Notes under the pieces: model-generated | The model's input: only the letters and a program-made list of their open reading frames with translations | Databases searched by the model: none | Told to the model about the DNA's origin: nothing | Assembly (NCBI GenBank): GCA_031551405.1 | Contig: JAVBNQ010000006.1 | Location: 1-64,000 of the forward strand | Length of the DNA stretch: 64,000 bases | Direction of reading: 5' to 3' | Source of the DNA: a bacterium | GTDB lineage: Bacteria > RUG730 | Shown: piece by piece, positions 21,678 through 30,575 of the stretch | How the letters are laid out: each line of letters begins with the position of its first letter | Numbering within the stretch: position 1 is the stretch's first letter | Program-made: the position numbers and the translations under genes

Positions 21678-21678
21678 T

Positions 21679-22980
21679 TTACACGAACTTTCCGTCGTCC
21701 CAAACAATTTTGCCATTGACAAAAGTCGAATCAACAACGCCTTTTAGTTCATAATTTAAAAATGGCGTGTTTGAGCTCTTCGAGGCAATGTAATCGCTTA
21801 CTTTAAATTTTTTGTTCGGATCAAAAATTATTAAATCTGCAGTATTTCCAATTTTTAGACTTCCTTTACCGTCTAACCGTATAATTTTTGCAGGATTTGT
21901 TGTGAATTTTTCAATTAGATTTTCGATCGGCATTTTCTTTTTTAAAACTAGTTCCTGGTAAGCAAGAGCAAGCTCAGTCTCAAGCCCGATTATCCCAAAA
22001 GGTGCTAAATCAAATTCCTTGTTTTTTTCCTCTTTTGTATGAGGAGCATGATCTGAAGCGATGCAATCGATTGTTCCATCAATCAAAGCTTCTTTAATAG
22101 CGTCGACGTCTGCTTGTGTTCTGAGCGGTGGATTCATCTTCGCGTTAGTGTTGTATCCCAAAACCTCGTTCTCCGTCAGAGTAAAATAATGTGGCGTTGT
22201 CTCGCAAGTCACTTTTACGCCTCGTTTTTTCGCAGATTTTATGAGATTCACCGAGCCTTTTGAACTGATGTGAGCGATATGTAAATGTCCGCCCGTCATT
22301 TCAGCCAAAATAATATCTCGAGCGATCATCACTTCTTCGGCTGCATTCGGTATGCCGCGAAGTCCGAGTTGAGTCGAGATTTTGCCTTCGTTCATCACTC
22401 CGTTCGTCGATAAACTCAGATCTTCACAATGGGATATGACCGGAATATTGAAAATTTTGCAATATTCGAGCGCTTTCGTCATAATAAACGAATCCATCAG
22501 AGGTTTCCCATCGTCAGAAATCGCGACTACTCCGGCTTCGATCAATGTGCCTATTTCGCAAAGCTCTTTTCCATCTTGATTTTTTGTGATACAGCCAATC
22601 GGCAAAACATTCACGATCGCCTCTTTTTCAGATTTCAAAATTATGTACTCGACAGCCGGTAAATTATCCAGAACAGGATTCGTGTTTGGCATACAACAAA
22701 CTGTCGTGAAACCGCCTTTTGCGGCAGCTCTAGAACCGGTTTCGATTGTTTCTTTGCTTTCAAAACCAGGTTCTCTGAGGTGAGTATGAATATCGATTAA
22801 ACCCGGAAATACAAATTTTTTTGTTGCATCAATTACTTGTAAATTTTTATCTTTTTTTACATCGATTTTTATGTTTTTTTTGATTTTTTCGATTTTTCCA
22901 TCTTTAATCAAAATGTCACAGATTTCGTTAATTTTTTGCGATGGGTCTACTAATTTTCCATTTTTAATTAATATTTTCAT
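21679..22980 (-). CDS. pyrC: Dihydroorotase
   Basis: PGLIDIHTHLREPG, GGFTTVCCMPNT, KMNPPLR, SDHAPH. Confidence 0.95.
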   Translation of the reverse strand: MKILIKNGKLVDPSQKINEICDILIKDGKIEKIKKNIKIDVKKDKNLQVIDATKKFVFPGLIDIHTHLREPGFESKETIETGSRAAAKGGFTTVCCMPNTNPVLDNLPAVEYIILKSEKEAIVNVLPIGCITKNQDGKELCEIGTLIEAGVVAISDDGKPLMDSFIMTKALEYCKIFNIPVISHCEDLSLSTNGVMNEGKISTQLGLRGIPNAAEEVMIARDIILAEMTGGHLHIAHISSKGSVNLIKSAKKRGVKVTCETTPHYFTLTENEVLGYNTNAKMNPPLRTQADVDAIKEALIDGTIDCIASDHAPHTKEEKNKEFDLAPFGIIGLETELALAYQELVLKKKMPIENLIEKFTTNPAKIIRLDGKGSLKIGNTADLIIFDPNKKFKVSDYIASKSSNTPFLNYELKGVVDSTFVNGKIVWDDGKFV

Positions 22981-23905
22981 TGATTTGATTCCTCGCTAAT
23001 GAGAGTAAATATAAGACCGCCATTCTGATGGCAATTCCGTTCGTGACTTGTTCGTTTATGACAGAATTTTTCATGTCAGCAACCTCGGACGAAATTTCTA
23101 CTCCTCGATTCATTGGGCCTGGATGCATCACGATTACGCCAGGTTTCGCCTTTTTTAGGGATTCTTTGGTCAGTTTGTAAAGGTTGGCGTATTCGCGAAC
23201 AGATGGGAATAAATTTTGGCTCTGACGTTCGAGCTGAATTCTCAAAACATTCACTACATCTGCGTCTTCTAGCGCTTTTTTTAAATCGTATTCGATTGTT
23301 ATTCCCAGCTCTTCCATTGTTCGAGGGATTAAAGTTGGTGGTCCGACGACAGTTATTTTTGCACCGAATTTCTTTAGTGCCCAAATGTTTGATTTTGCGA
23401 CCCTGCTGTGCCCTATGTCTCCGACTAAAACAACTTTCAAATTTCGAATTTTTCCAAGTTTTTCTTTTATCGTGTAAAGATCGAGTAATCCTTGAGTTGG
23501 ATGCTCGTGAAATCCATCGCCGGCGTTTATGACTGAGGCATTAATATTTTCCGCGAGTAGTTTCGGAGTCCCCGAGATGCTATGACGGACAATTACAAAA
23601 TCTGCGTTCATTGCTTCGAGGGTTTTTCCAGTATCGATCAAGCTCTCGCCTTTGACAACACTACTCATTTGCGTCGTGATGTTAATGACGTCGGCGCTTA
23701 GCCGTTTTGCAGCGAGTTCAAAAGAATTTCTTGTCCTCGTACTAGGTTCGTAAAAAAGGTTGACTACTGTTTTTCCTCGCAAAGCTGGAACTTTTTTTAC
23801 TGAACGAGTAAAAATTTCCTTGAACGAGACGGCGTTTTCGAGAATATGTTCGATCTCATCTTTAGTCAAAGTTTCTAAATCTAATAAGTCTTTTTTTGGT
23901 AACAT
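22964..23905 (-). CDS. pyrB: Aspartate carbamoyltransferase catalytic subunit
   Basis: FYEPSTRTRNSF, NAGDGFHEHPTQGLLD, HPGPMNRGVEI. Confidence 0.96.
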   Translation of the reverse strand: MLPKKDLLDLETLTKDEIEHILENAVSFKEIFTRSVKKVPALRGKTVVNLFYEPSTRTRNSFELAAKRLSADVINITTQMSSVVKGESLIDTGKTLEAMNADFVIVRHSISGTPKLLAENINASVINAGDGFHEHPTQGLLDLYTIKEKLGKIRNLKVVLVGDIGHSRVAKSNIWALKKFGAKITVVGPPTLIPRTMEELGITIEYDLKKALEDADVVNVLRIQLERQSQNLFPSVREYANLYKLTKESLKKAKPGVIVMHPGPMNRGVEISSEVADMKNSVINEQVTNGIAIRMAVLYLLSLARNQINENIN

Positions 23906-23935
23906 TTTCCCTCTTTAAAATTACAAAATTTAGAT

Positions 23936-24478
23936 TTAATTTAACAAAAAAACAGAGTCAAATCCGTCGATCTCAGTCAATTTTACAGAAATCAGTTCTT
24001 CGTCTTGCATGGTGATACATTTTCTTCCGACGATATCTGCCTGTATTGGAAGCTCTCTGTGTCCTCTGTCAATCAAAACCGCAAGTCTAATGCTCTTTGG
24101 TCGCCCGAAATCCATGATGCATTCCATTGCAGCTCGGACGCTTCGTCCGGTGTATAGAACGTCATCGATTAGTACGATTTCCTTGTCGTCTGGGCTTACC
24201 GGAAAATCCGTTTCTTTCAATGTCATTTCACCTGAATTTTTAGGAAAGTCATCTCGGTAAAGCGAAATATCCAAAACTCCAAACGGAATCTCGATATCCT
24301 CGAGATTTTTGATTTTTTCAACTATTCGTTTTGCAATAAAAACTCCTCTCGATTGCAGCCCAATTATTACGAGATTATCCAAATTATCGTGAATTTCTAA
24401 AATTTCGTCGACCATTCGATTAATCGTTTTTTTTAGTTTGTCCGCGTCCAAAATGATTTTTTTTGCATCTAGTTTCAT
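23936..24478 (-). CDS. pyrR: Bifunctional pyrimidine regulatory protein / uracil phosphoribosyltransferase
   Basis: LDISLYRDD, LIDDVLYTGRSVRAA, DRGHRELPI. Confidence 0.94.
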   Translation of the reverse strand: MKLDAKKIILDADKLKKTINRMVDEILEIHDNLDNLVIIGLQSRGVFIAKRIVEKIKNLEDIEIPFGVLDISLYRDDFPKNSGEMTLKETDFPVSPDDKEIVLIDDVLYTGRSVRAAMECIMDFGRPKSIRLAVLIDRGHRELPIQADIVGRKCITMQDEELISVKLTEIDGFDSVFLLN

Positions 24479-24495
24479 TAGAATTATCCTCGACG

Positions 24496-25644
24496 TTATT
24501 TTTTTAAATATTTTTCAATTGTTTTTACAAAAAAATCTTGCTCTCCGAACCCGCCGGGTTTTAGTGCAAAATAAAAGTCGCGAAATTTGTCTTTGCATAA
24601 AATTATTCCGATGGCAATTTTTTCCAAAATTTCAATATTTTTTATATCGAGAAACTCTAGAAATTTATGAGCCGTGTCTCCACCGCTTAAAATTGTCAAA
24701 ATTTTTTGTTTTTTTGAGGTTCCATTTTCTAAAATTTGACGGCTTTTCGTGAGGAGCTTTTGTATTTTGTAATTTTCATTAAAAAATTTATTAGACTCGG
24801 CGATTACGATTTTTTGTTCTTTTGAGATCAAAAAGTCGTTATTGCTTTCAATCGTTTCAAAATCAATTTGCTGTTTCAATAAATTTAACTGCGTCAATGT
24901 AGCAGTATTTAAACTTCCGGAAATTATAAAGACCTCGTCAAAAAGGTTGGGAAAAGTTTTTTTCGCTTGTTTTGTAACTTTGTTGTGGTTTTGTTTTTTA
25001 TCTTGCAAAACTTTTTGTAGAATTTCATTATAAAATTTCGAACTGCCGACAAAGACCGCGTAATTATAACAAATTTTTGGGAGAATTTCATCAAAATCGT
25101 TTTGCGAAATCACGTCGAAAATTTTATAATTCTGTGGGAACTTACTTTTATTGTCGAGTAAAGTTGGGATGTGAGAAGTTGTGATTAGATTTCCTGAATT
25201 TTTTGCGAACTCAGATTCGTGTAAAAGTTTACTGTCAACATAGTGAAAACTATTTTTTGTGGTTCTTTTGTATTCTGGAAAAGCGGGAATTAGCGGAATT
25301 TTTTTAAGCTTGAAATTTTCTATAAGAACGTCGGATTCTTCAATCCAATTCCCTCGTAAAGTTGAGTCTATTTTTTTGAAAATCAGAAAATTGTCGAGAG
25401 AAAATGTTTTTTGTATCATGAGCCAGTTTACGATTAAACGAATTTTTTTCTGGCTCGTTTTTTTGTCGTCTAATCTTGATTCTGTGTCAATTATTAGCAC
25501 GTCAAGATTTTTTTCAGAAGAGAGATCGTAATTTTTCAAATCTTGAATGAATAAAATTTTTTGGTTTAAGTTAAAATTTATTCCCCAGTAAGCTATATCC
25601 CCACATCCGGTCAAATCGTCGGCAACAATTATGAATTTAGGCAT
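24496..25644 (-). CDS. Four-carbon acid sugar kinase family protein (DUF1537)
   Basis: VADDLTG, DTESR, KKIDSTLRGN, PAFP..RTT, SGGDTA, KPGGFG. Confidence 0.85.
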   Translation of the reverse strand: MPKFIIVADDLTGCGDIAYWGINFNLNQKILFIQDLKNYDLSSEKNLDVLIIDTESRLDDKKTSQKKIRLIVNWLMIQKTFSLDNFLIFKKIDSTLRGNWIEESDVLIENFKLKKIPLIPAFPEYKRTTKNSFHYVDSKLLHESEFAKNSGNLITTSHIPTLLDNKSKFPQNYKIFDVISQNDFDEILPKICYNYAVFVGSSKFYNEILQKVLQDKKQNHNKVTKQAKKTFPNLFDEVFIISGSLNTATLTQLNLLKQQIDFETIESNNDFLISKEQKIVIAESNKFFNENYKIQKLLTKSRQILENGTSKKQKILTILSGGDTAHKFLEFLDIKNIEILEKIAIGIILCKDKFRDFYFALKPGGFGEQDFFVKTIEKYLKK

Positions 25645-26214
25645 TTAGTCGAATTTTACTACGGGAACTGCTTTCGCGCTTTCTTCAACTTCAAAATAAG
25701 GGAAGCCTTTTTTTAGCCCTTTTCGCCTCGCAAAAAAACTACCGATGACTTCTTTCGAATAAGTGTTGAAAATTTGTACAGCCTCGTTATAACGCATTCT
25801 AGAGACTGCGATTCTATTTTCAGTTCCTTCGAGTTGAGACATTAAAGACTGAAAATTTACGTCAGCTTTCAAATTTGGATAATTTTCCACTACGACCAAA
25901 AGACGAGATAGAGCGGATCTCATTTCATTGTTTGCAGCGATTGTGTCTTCTTTCGTGGTTGCGCCACCTAATTTTGCTCTCGCAGCTGCGATATTTTCAA
26001 AAATTTCCTTCTCGTGAGTGGCGTAGCCTTTGACTGTGTTGACGAGGTTTGGAATAAGATCCGAGCGTCTTTGAAGTTGATTGTTTATCTCCGCCCATGC
26101 TTGATTTACCGTTTCGCTTAATCTAACGATTCGATTGAGTCCGTTTATGTACCAACTAATGAAAAAAATTGCCGCTAAAATTATAGCGCCTAAAATAATC
26201 AGAAATTTTTTCAT
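25645..26214 (-). CDS. lemA: LemA family protein
   Basis: QLQRRSDLIPNLV..VKGYA.HE, ENYPNLKA, LEGTENRIAVSRMRYN; start at ATG 26214 with GGAG SD. Confidence 0.92.
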   Translation of the reverse strand: MKKFLIILGAIILAAIFFISWYINGLNRIVRLSETVNQAWAEINNQLQRRSDLIPNLVNTVKGYATHEKEIFENIAAARAKLGGATTKEDTIAANNEMRSALSRLLVVVENYPNLKADVNFQSLMSQLEGTENRIAVSRMRYNEAVQIFNTYSKEVIGSFFARRKGLKKGFPYFEVEESAKAVPVVKFD

Positions 26215-26243
26215 GATTTTCTCCAATATTACCTAAAATTTAT

Positions 26244-26276
26244 AAAAAAAATGAGCGCATTCAAAAAATGCGCTCA
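26244..26276 (-). terminator. Rho-independent terminator downstream of the small NrdD-domain gene
   Basis: TGAGCGCATT / AATGCGCTCA perfect 10-bp stem with 8-nt A-run on the left (U-tract on minus strand). Confidence 0.75.
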
Positions 26277-26302
26277 CTTCTAACATTTTCCGGTAGATTT
26301 TA

Positions 26303-26611
26303 TTAACAATCGCAGTCGATTTTGTAATTTCCTTTTCGTCTATCTTTTAGTTCTCCGATTTTTGATTTGTTCCAGTTTGAAATTTTACTAAAATATCCAA
26401 CGATCCTTGTAATCCCGTCTAAAATTATAGGCTCTCTTCCGGCTAAAACGCTGCTTACATTTTCCCAATCAGTTGAGTTCACAGATTCTTTTTTTACTTC
26501 GTATTTTCTATTATTATTTTTGTTGAGTATGAAAAAGCTTTTTTCCGACTCGTTAAAAACTTCCAAAAAACCTGATTGATTTACCTTTGTTAAAAAATCC
26601 TGACTTGACAT
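26303..26611 (-). CDS. Small protein carrying the C-terminal glycyl-radical segment of anaerobic ribonucleotide reductase NrdD
   Basis: ITRIVGYFSKISNWNKSKIGELKDR matches the NrdD C-terminal RxxGY...WNxxKxxExxxR pattern; start ATG 26611 with GGAGG SD (102 aa). Confidence 0.75.
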   Translation of the reverse strand: MSSQDFLTKVNQSGFLEVFNESEKSFFILNKNNNRKYEVKKESVNSTDWENVSSVLAGREPIILDGITRIVGYFSKISNWNKSKIGELKDRRKGNYKIDCDC

Positions 26612-26782
26612 CTTTGATGCCTCCTTTTTCCATTTCTTTTGGGACTTATTATAAATTATTTTTTTCATTTTTTTAAGTTTTTTTATTTATTTTTTTAAGA
26701 ATAGTTTTAATCATCGAGAAACATCAAAAAAATATAAAAATATTGATTTTTTAGAGATTTTAGCTATAATCTGGATTTGTCA

Positions 26783-26856
26783 CGGGGTGTGGCACAGTTG
26801 GCTAGCGCGCCTGATTTGGGATCAGGAGGTCCTCGGTTCAAGTCCGAGCACCCCGA
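26783..26856 (+). tRNA. tRNA-Pro (TGG)
   Basis: Acceptor CGGGGTG/CACCCCG, anticodon arm CCTGA-TTTGGGA-TCAGG, GGTTCAAGTCC; TATAAT at 26765-26770. Confidence 0.95.
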
Positions 26857-26899
26857 TTTTTTTTAAAGTCTTAAAGAGATAGCGTGTATTTTTATTTTT

Positions 26900-26973
<74 letters not shown>

Positions 26974-27011
26974 AAATTTTAAATTTTTTTGTCTGTTATC
27001 AAAACACAATC

Positions 27012-27046
27012 AAAGCTCGTCGGTTAAAACTGACGGGCTTTTTTAT
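27012..27046 (+). terminator. Rho-independent terminator after tRNA-Pro/Arg
   Basis: AAAGCTCGTCGG-TTAAAA-CTGACGGGCTTT then T-tract. Confidence 0.8.
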
Positions 27047-27188
27047 TTTACGGATGATAGATTAGCGGTTTATAGAGACAAAATTAGAGAAAAGATTGTA
27101 AATCTATGCATAAATTATTATAATACACAAATTTTATTTATCGCAAAATAAAAATACGTAGATATTTCTAGAATTTTACGAGGTAGAA

Positions 27189-29201
27189 ATGGCGATTACT
27201 CCAGTTCAAAAGATCAGTATTTTTTTTCATAAAGACGAGATAGAAAATTTAATGACTTTTTTGCAAGATGAAGAAATTCTTGAGATAAAAAAAGAAAGTT
27301 TGGATTTTTATAGAGAATTTTACGACGATATACAATTGAACTATTTACAAAAAAATAAATTTTCAGATCAGAGCTCTTACCTGTCAAAACTTGAAAAAAT
27401 AATAGGTGTTTTGGGAAAATACGAGACTAAAAAGAATTATCTTGAAAAATTTAATGACAAAATTTTCGTTGACAAAACGAGATTTTACGATACAAAAACT
27501 GGAGATAAAATTCGAAATCTTTGCGATAAAATTGAGCTCGAAATAAAAGAACTCGAGATTGTGCGAAGTAAAATTCACGATATTTCTGAGCAGATCAAAG
27601 AGATTTCTCCGTGGCAAAATCTGAAAGTTGGGCTAGATGAATTGATTGGTACAACCTGGTCGAGAACACTCGCGGGTTTGATGCCAAAAGATTCGTTTTT
27701 TGAATTTAACAGTTTGCTATCAGAAAAAGCTGTTTTCATAGCAAAAATAAGTGAAACTGAAAAAGACGTTTATTTTTTAACTATTTCAACATTTGATTCG
27801 GTAAATGAAATAAAAAATTCTATCACAAAATTTGGCAAGCTAGTCCATTGGGAAGCGTTGGAGTTTACTCCGGAACAAATTTTTAAAGATTTGCAGAGAT
27901 ACTCGCATATACTCGCAAAACGTGACAAAAAATATTTAAACAATATAAAAAAAAACGTAAGCTATTTGCCAGAGTTGAAAATCGAGTATGACAAAATTTA
28001 TAACGACTGGCTAAAAACAAAACTAAATGATGACATTTTTTTTGCGAGCGAAGTAGGTGTAATTTCCGGCTGGATTCGAGAGATTGATTTAGCCAAGTTC
28101 GAAGAGATACTTGAGGCAAATTTCCATGATACGTGCTGCGTAAAACAATTGCCGACGGAAGTAGATCAGGTTCCAGTTGCTTTCGATAATTCGAAAATTG
28201 TTGAGCCGTTCGAGATAATTACTGATCTTTATGGTCGTCCTCAATATTCCGGCATTGATCCAACGCCAAATTTTTCGTTTTTTTTCTTTTTATTTTTTGG
28301 AATTTGTTTTGGCGACGCGGGTTATGGTCTAATTCTGATAGTTATTTCAATCCTAGGTAAATTTTATTTGAAATCTAAAAAAACGCTAAAAAAAGCGACG
28401 GATTTGCTGGGATTTATGGGTTTGTCGACTTTTATAATCGGAATAATTACAGGTTCATTTTTTGGGAATCTCGTAGATTTTTTACCCCAAAGCCTTATTT
28501 TTATAAAAGATTTTTTTGCAAAATTTGTTCTTTTAAATCCTGCTGACGAGAAAGGGTCTTTAATATTTTTGATGATTTCTCTTGCGCTTGGATACGTTCA
28601 AATTTGCTACGGAATTTTGCTTAAAATATATTTGTTTCTTCGAGACAAAAAATATAAAGCCTTAATTTTTGATGGTCTCCCGTCGATTGGAATGCAACTT
28701 TCCCTTTTACCTATCACATTGAATTATGTTTTGGGCATAAAATTTTTACCGATTTTTTTATCAAATTTTTTTGTATTTTTTTTATTAATTAGCATAATTA
28801 TCGTGATTTATCGAGAGTGGAAAAATAACGAAGGCGTTGCGATAAAATTGTTTTGGTGCCTTTACGCAAATTATTCTATGATTACGGGAACATTTTTGTC
28901 CGACGTATTATCGTACGCGAGGTTATTCGCTCTCGGACTTTCCGGTGGACTCATGGGGCTTGCAATAAATGAAATTTCTAATATTTTCGGAGGAATTCCT
29001 GTCGTCGGAGGATTTTTTGTATTTATTGTGCTGATTGGCGGACATTTATTTAATTTCGCGATAAATATAATGGGGGCATTCGTTCACTCGTGCAGATTGC
29101 AGTATCTGGAGTTTTTTACAAAATTTTTTGAAAGCGGCGGCAGACCGATGCAATTTTTTGGAAAAAGTTTGAAATATACGACGCTAAAACAAGAAAAATA
29201 A
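27189..29201 (+). CDS. V/A-type ATP synthase subunit I (a)
   Basis: Soluble N-terminal half, YGRPQYSGIDPT, FGDAGYG, SDVLSYARLFAL, HSCRLQYLEFFTKFF. Confidence 0.92.
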   Translation: MAITPVQKISIFFHKDEIENLMTFLQDEEILEIKKESLDFYREFYDDIQLNYLQKNKFSDQSSYLSKLEKIIGVLGKYETKKNYLEKFNDKIFVDKTRFYDTKTGDKIRNLCDKIELEIKELEIVRSKIHDISEQIKEISPWQNLKVGLDELIGTTWSRTLAGLMPKDSFFEFNSLLSEKAVFIAKISETEKDVYFLTISTFDSVNEIKNSITKFGKLVHWEALEFTPEQIFKDLQRYSHILAKRDKKYLNNIKKNVSYLPELKIEYDKIYNDWLKTKLNDDIFFASEVGVISGWIREIDLAKFEEILEANFHDTCCVKQLPTEVDQVPVAFDNSKIVEPFEIITDLYGRPQYSGIDPTPNFSFFFFLFFGICFGDAGYGLILIVISILGKFYLKSKKTLKKATDLLGFMGLSTFIIGIITGSFFGNLVDFLPQSLIFIKDFFAKFVLLNPADEKGSLIFLMISLALGYVQICYGILLKIYLFLRDKKYKALIFDGLPSIGMQLSLLPITLNYVLGIKFLPIFLSNFFVFFLLISIIIVIYREWKNNEGVAIKLFWCLYANYSMITGTFLSDVLSYARLFALGLSGGLMGLAINEISNIFGGIPVVGGFFVFIVLIGGHLFNFAINIMGAFVHSCRLQYLEFFTKFFESGGRPMQFFGKSLKYTTLKQEK

Positions 29202-29231
29202 ATTTTAAAAATCAAGAGAAATTGAAAAAAT

Positions 29232-30488
29232 ATGCTAAAAAAAATTTTTTTTATATCAATAATTTTTTTTATATTTCAAAGTTTTTTATTTTGTAAAATC
29301 GACATTGGCGAGGAAGTTTTAGTTAAAACGTTTTTTAATGTAAATTATTCAAATTTCGGGGATAGTTCGCTCGATACAGCGTCAAATACAATGCAACGAG
29401 TTCGCATTTATTTGGCAGGAAACGTCCAGGATAATATTGAGGCAAAAGTCAAATTTCAATCAATCGGAATTTGGGGCGCGTCGACTGATACGGTCAAAAT
29501 CAATAATTATTTTTACGATAATTTTACGCCATTTATTGAGGAAGCATACATAAAAACTCACGATATTTTCAAACTAAGCAAAACGTTTGATTTTGATTTT
29601 GATTTTGTCCTCGGGAAACAAAAGATTTTTTATGGTGATGGATACATTCTTAGCGATAATGATCGAGGACTTTTTGCTTATAAACTCGAGGGCAGAGGCA
29701 AAAAAAGTTCTTTTGATCTCTTGGCGATAAAAGCTGCTGAAAAAAATTTTGCTTTTGAGCAAAAGGCTGAAAATTTAGACGTGTATGCCGCTATTTTCAG
29801 CAAAAAATTTCAAGATCGCCAAAAAAATCAAATTATCACAGACTTTTATATCGTTTCAGAACTGGGAGAATTTTTGCCAAATCTCAGCAGTAAAAAGATT
29901 TTTGCCGGAATGCGCCTCGATATGAAAACCGGTGAATCTGTATTTACAAAAATAGAAGCAGCCCAACAATTCGGCGATATAAAATTTTCTACGAATACAG
30001 TCACATACGATGGATTATTTTATGACTTCGATTTGAAAGTGAAGCTAAAGAAAAGTTTTTTGAGAAATTCGGTTTTTAAAATAAATTACATGGAGTCTCC
30101 TGGTACGCAAAACTCATTGACAAAAGAAAAAGACACAAATTTTGAGCCGTATTTGACGAACAATTCTAAGGATTTTAGTTCATCGCAGTATTGTGAAATT
30201 TTATCTAGAATTTTTTCCGGTCTTTCGAATCGAAGAATTTTGAATTTTGGGATTAACTCGATTATTTTTGAGAAGTATAATTTTTGGCTCGATTATTATC
30301 GTTTTTGGAGAAATGATCCGGATATTTTGGCTGGAACAGAATTTGATTTGCGAATTGAAAGGAACATAAACGAGTTTATTAAATTTCGTTTGATTTTTGC
30401 GTTTTTTAACAAAAATGACGTCGATTACTTGAAGTTTTTAAAAAATAATATTCAACATTATGGCGTCGAGTTTTCTTATAATTTTTGA
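29232..30488 (+). CDS. Putative outer-membrane beta-barrel protein
   Basis: Signal peptide, aromatic-rich amphipathic strands, LGKQKIFYGDG (alginate-export/porin-like), C-terminal YGVEFSYNF. Confidence 0.6.
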   Translation: MLKKIFFISIIFFIFQSFLFCKIDIGEEVLVKTFFNVNYSNFGDSSLDTASNTMQRVRIYLAGNVQDNIEAKVKFQSIGIWGASTDTVKINNYFYDNFTPFIEEAYIKTHDIFKLSKTFDFDFDFVLGKQKIFYGDGYILSDNDRGLFAYKLEGRGKKSSFDLLAIKAAEKNFAFEQKAENLDVYAAIFSKKFQDRQKNQIITDFYIVSELGEFLPNLSSKKIFAGMRLDMKTGESVFTKIEAAQQFGDIKFSTNTVTYDGLFYDFDLKVKLKKSFLRNSVFKINYMESPGTQNSLTKEKDTNFEPYLTNNSKDFSSSQYCEILSRIFSGLSNRRILNFGINSIIFEKYNFWLDYYRFWRNDPDILAGTEFDLRIERNINEFIKFRLIFAFFNKNDVDYLKFLKNNIQHYGVEFSYNF

Positions 30489-30575
30489 AATTTGAGAAAA
30501 AAGTAGAAATTTTTTAATAATTAAAAATTTTAAATTTAGCAAAATTGCCTGGAAAGTCTAATTTAGGATGAAAAT

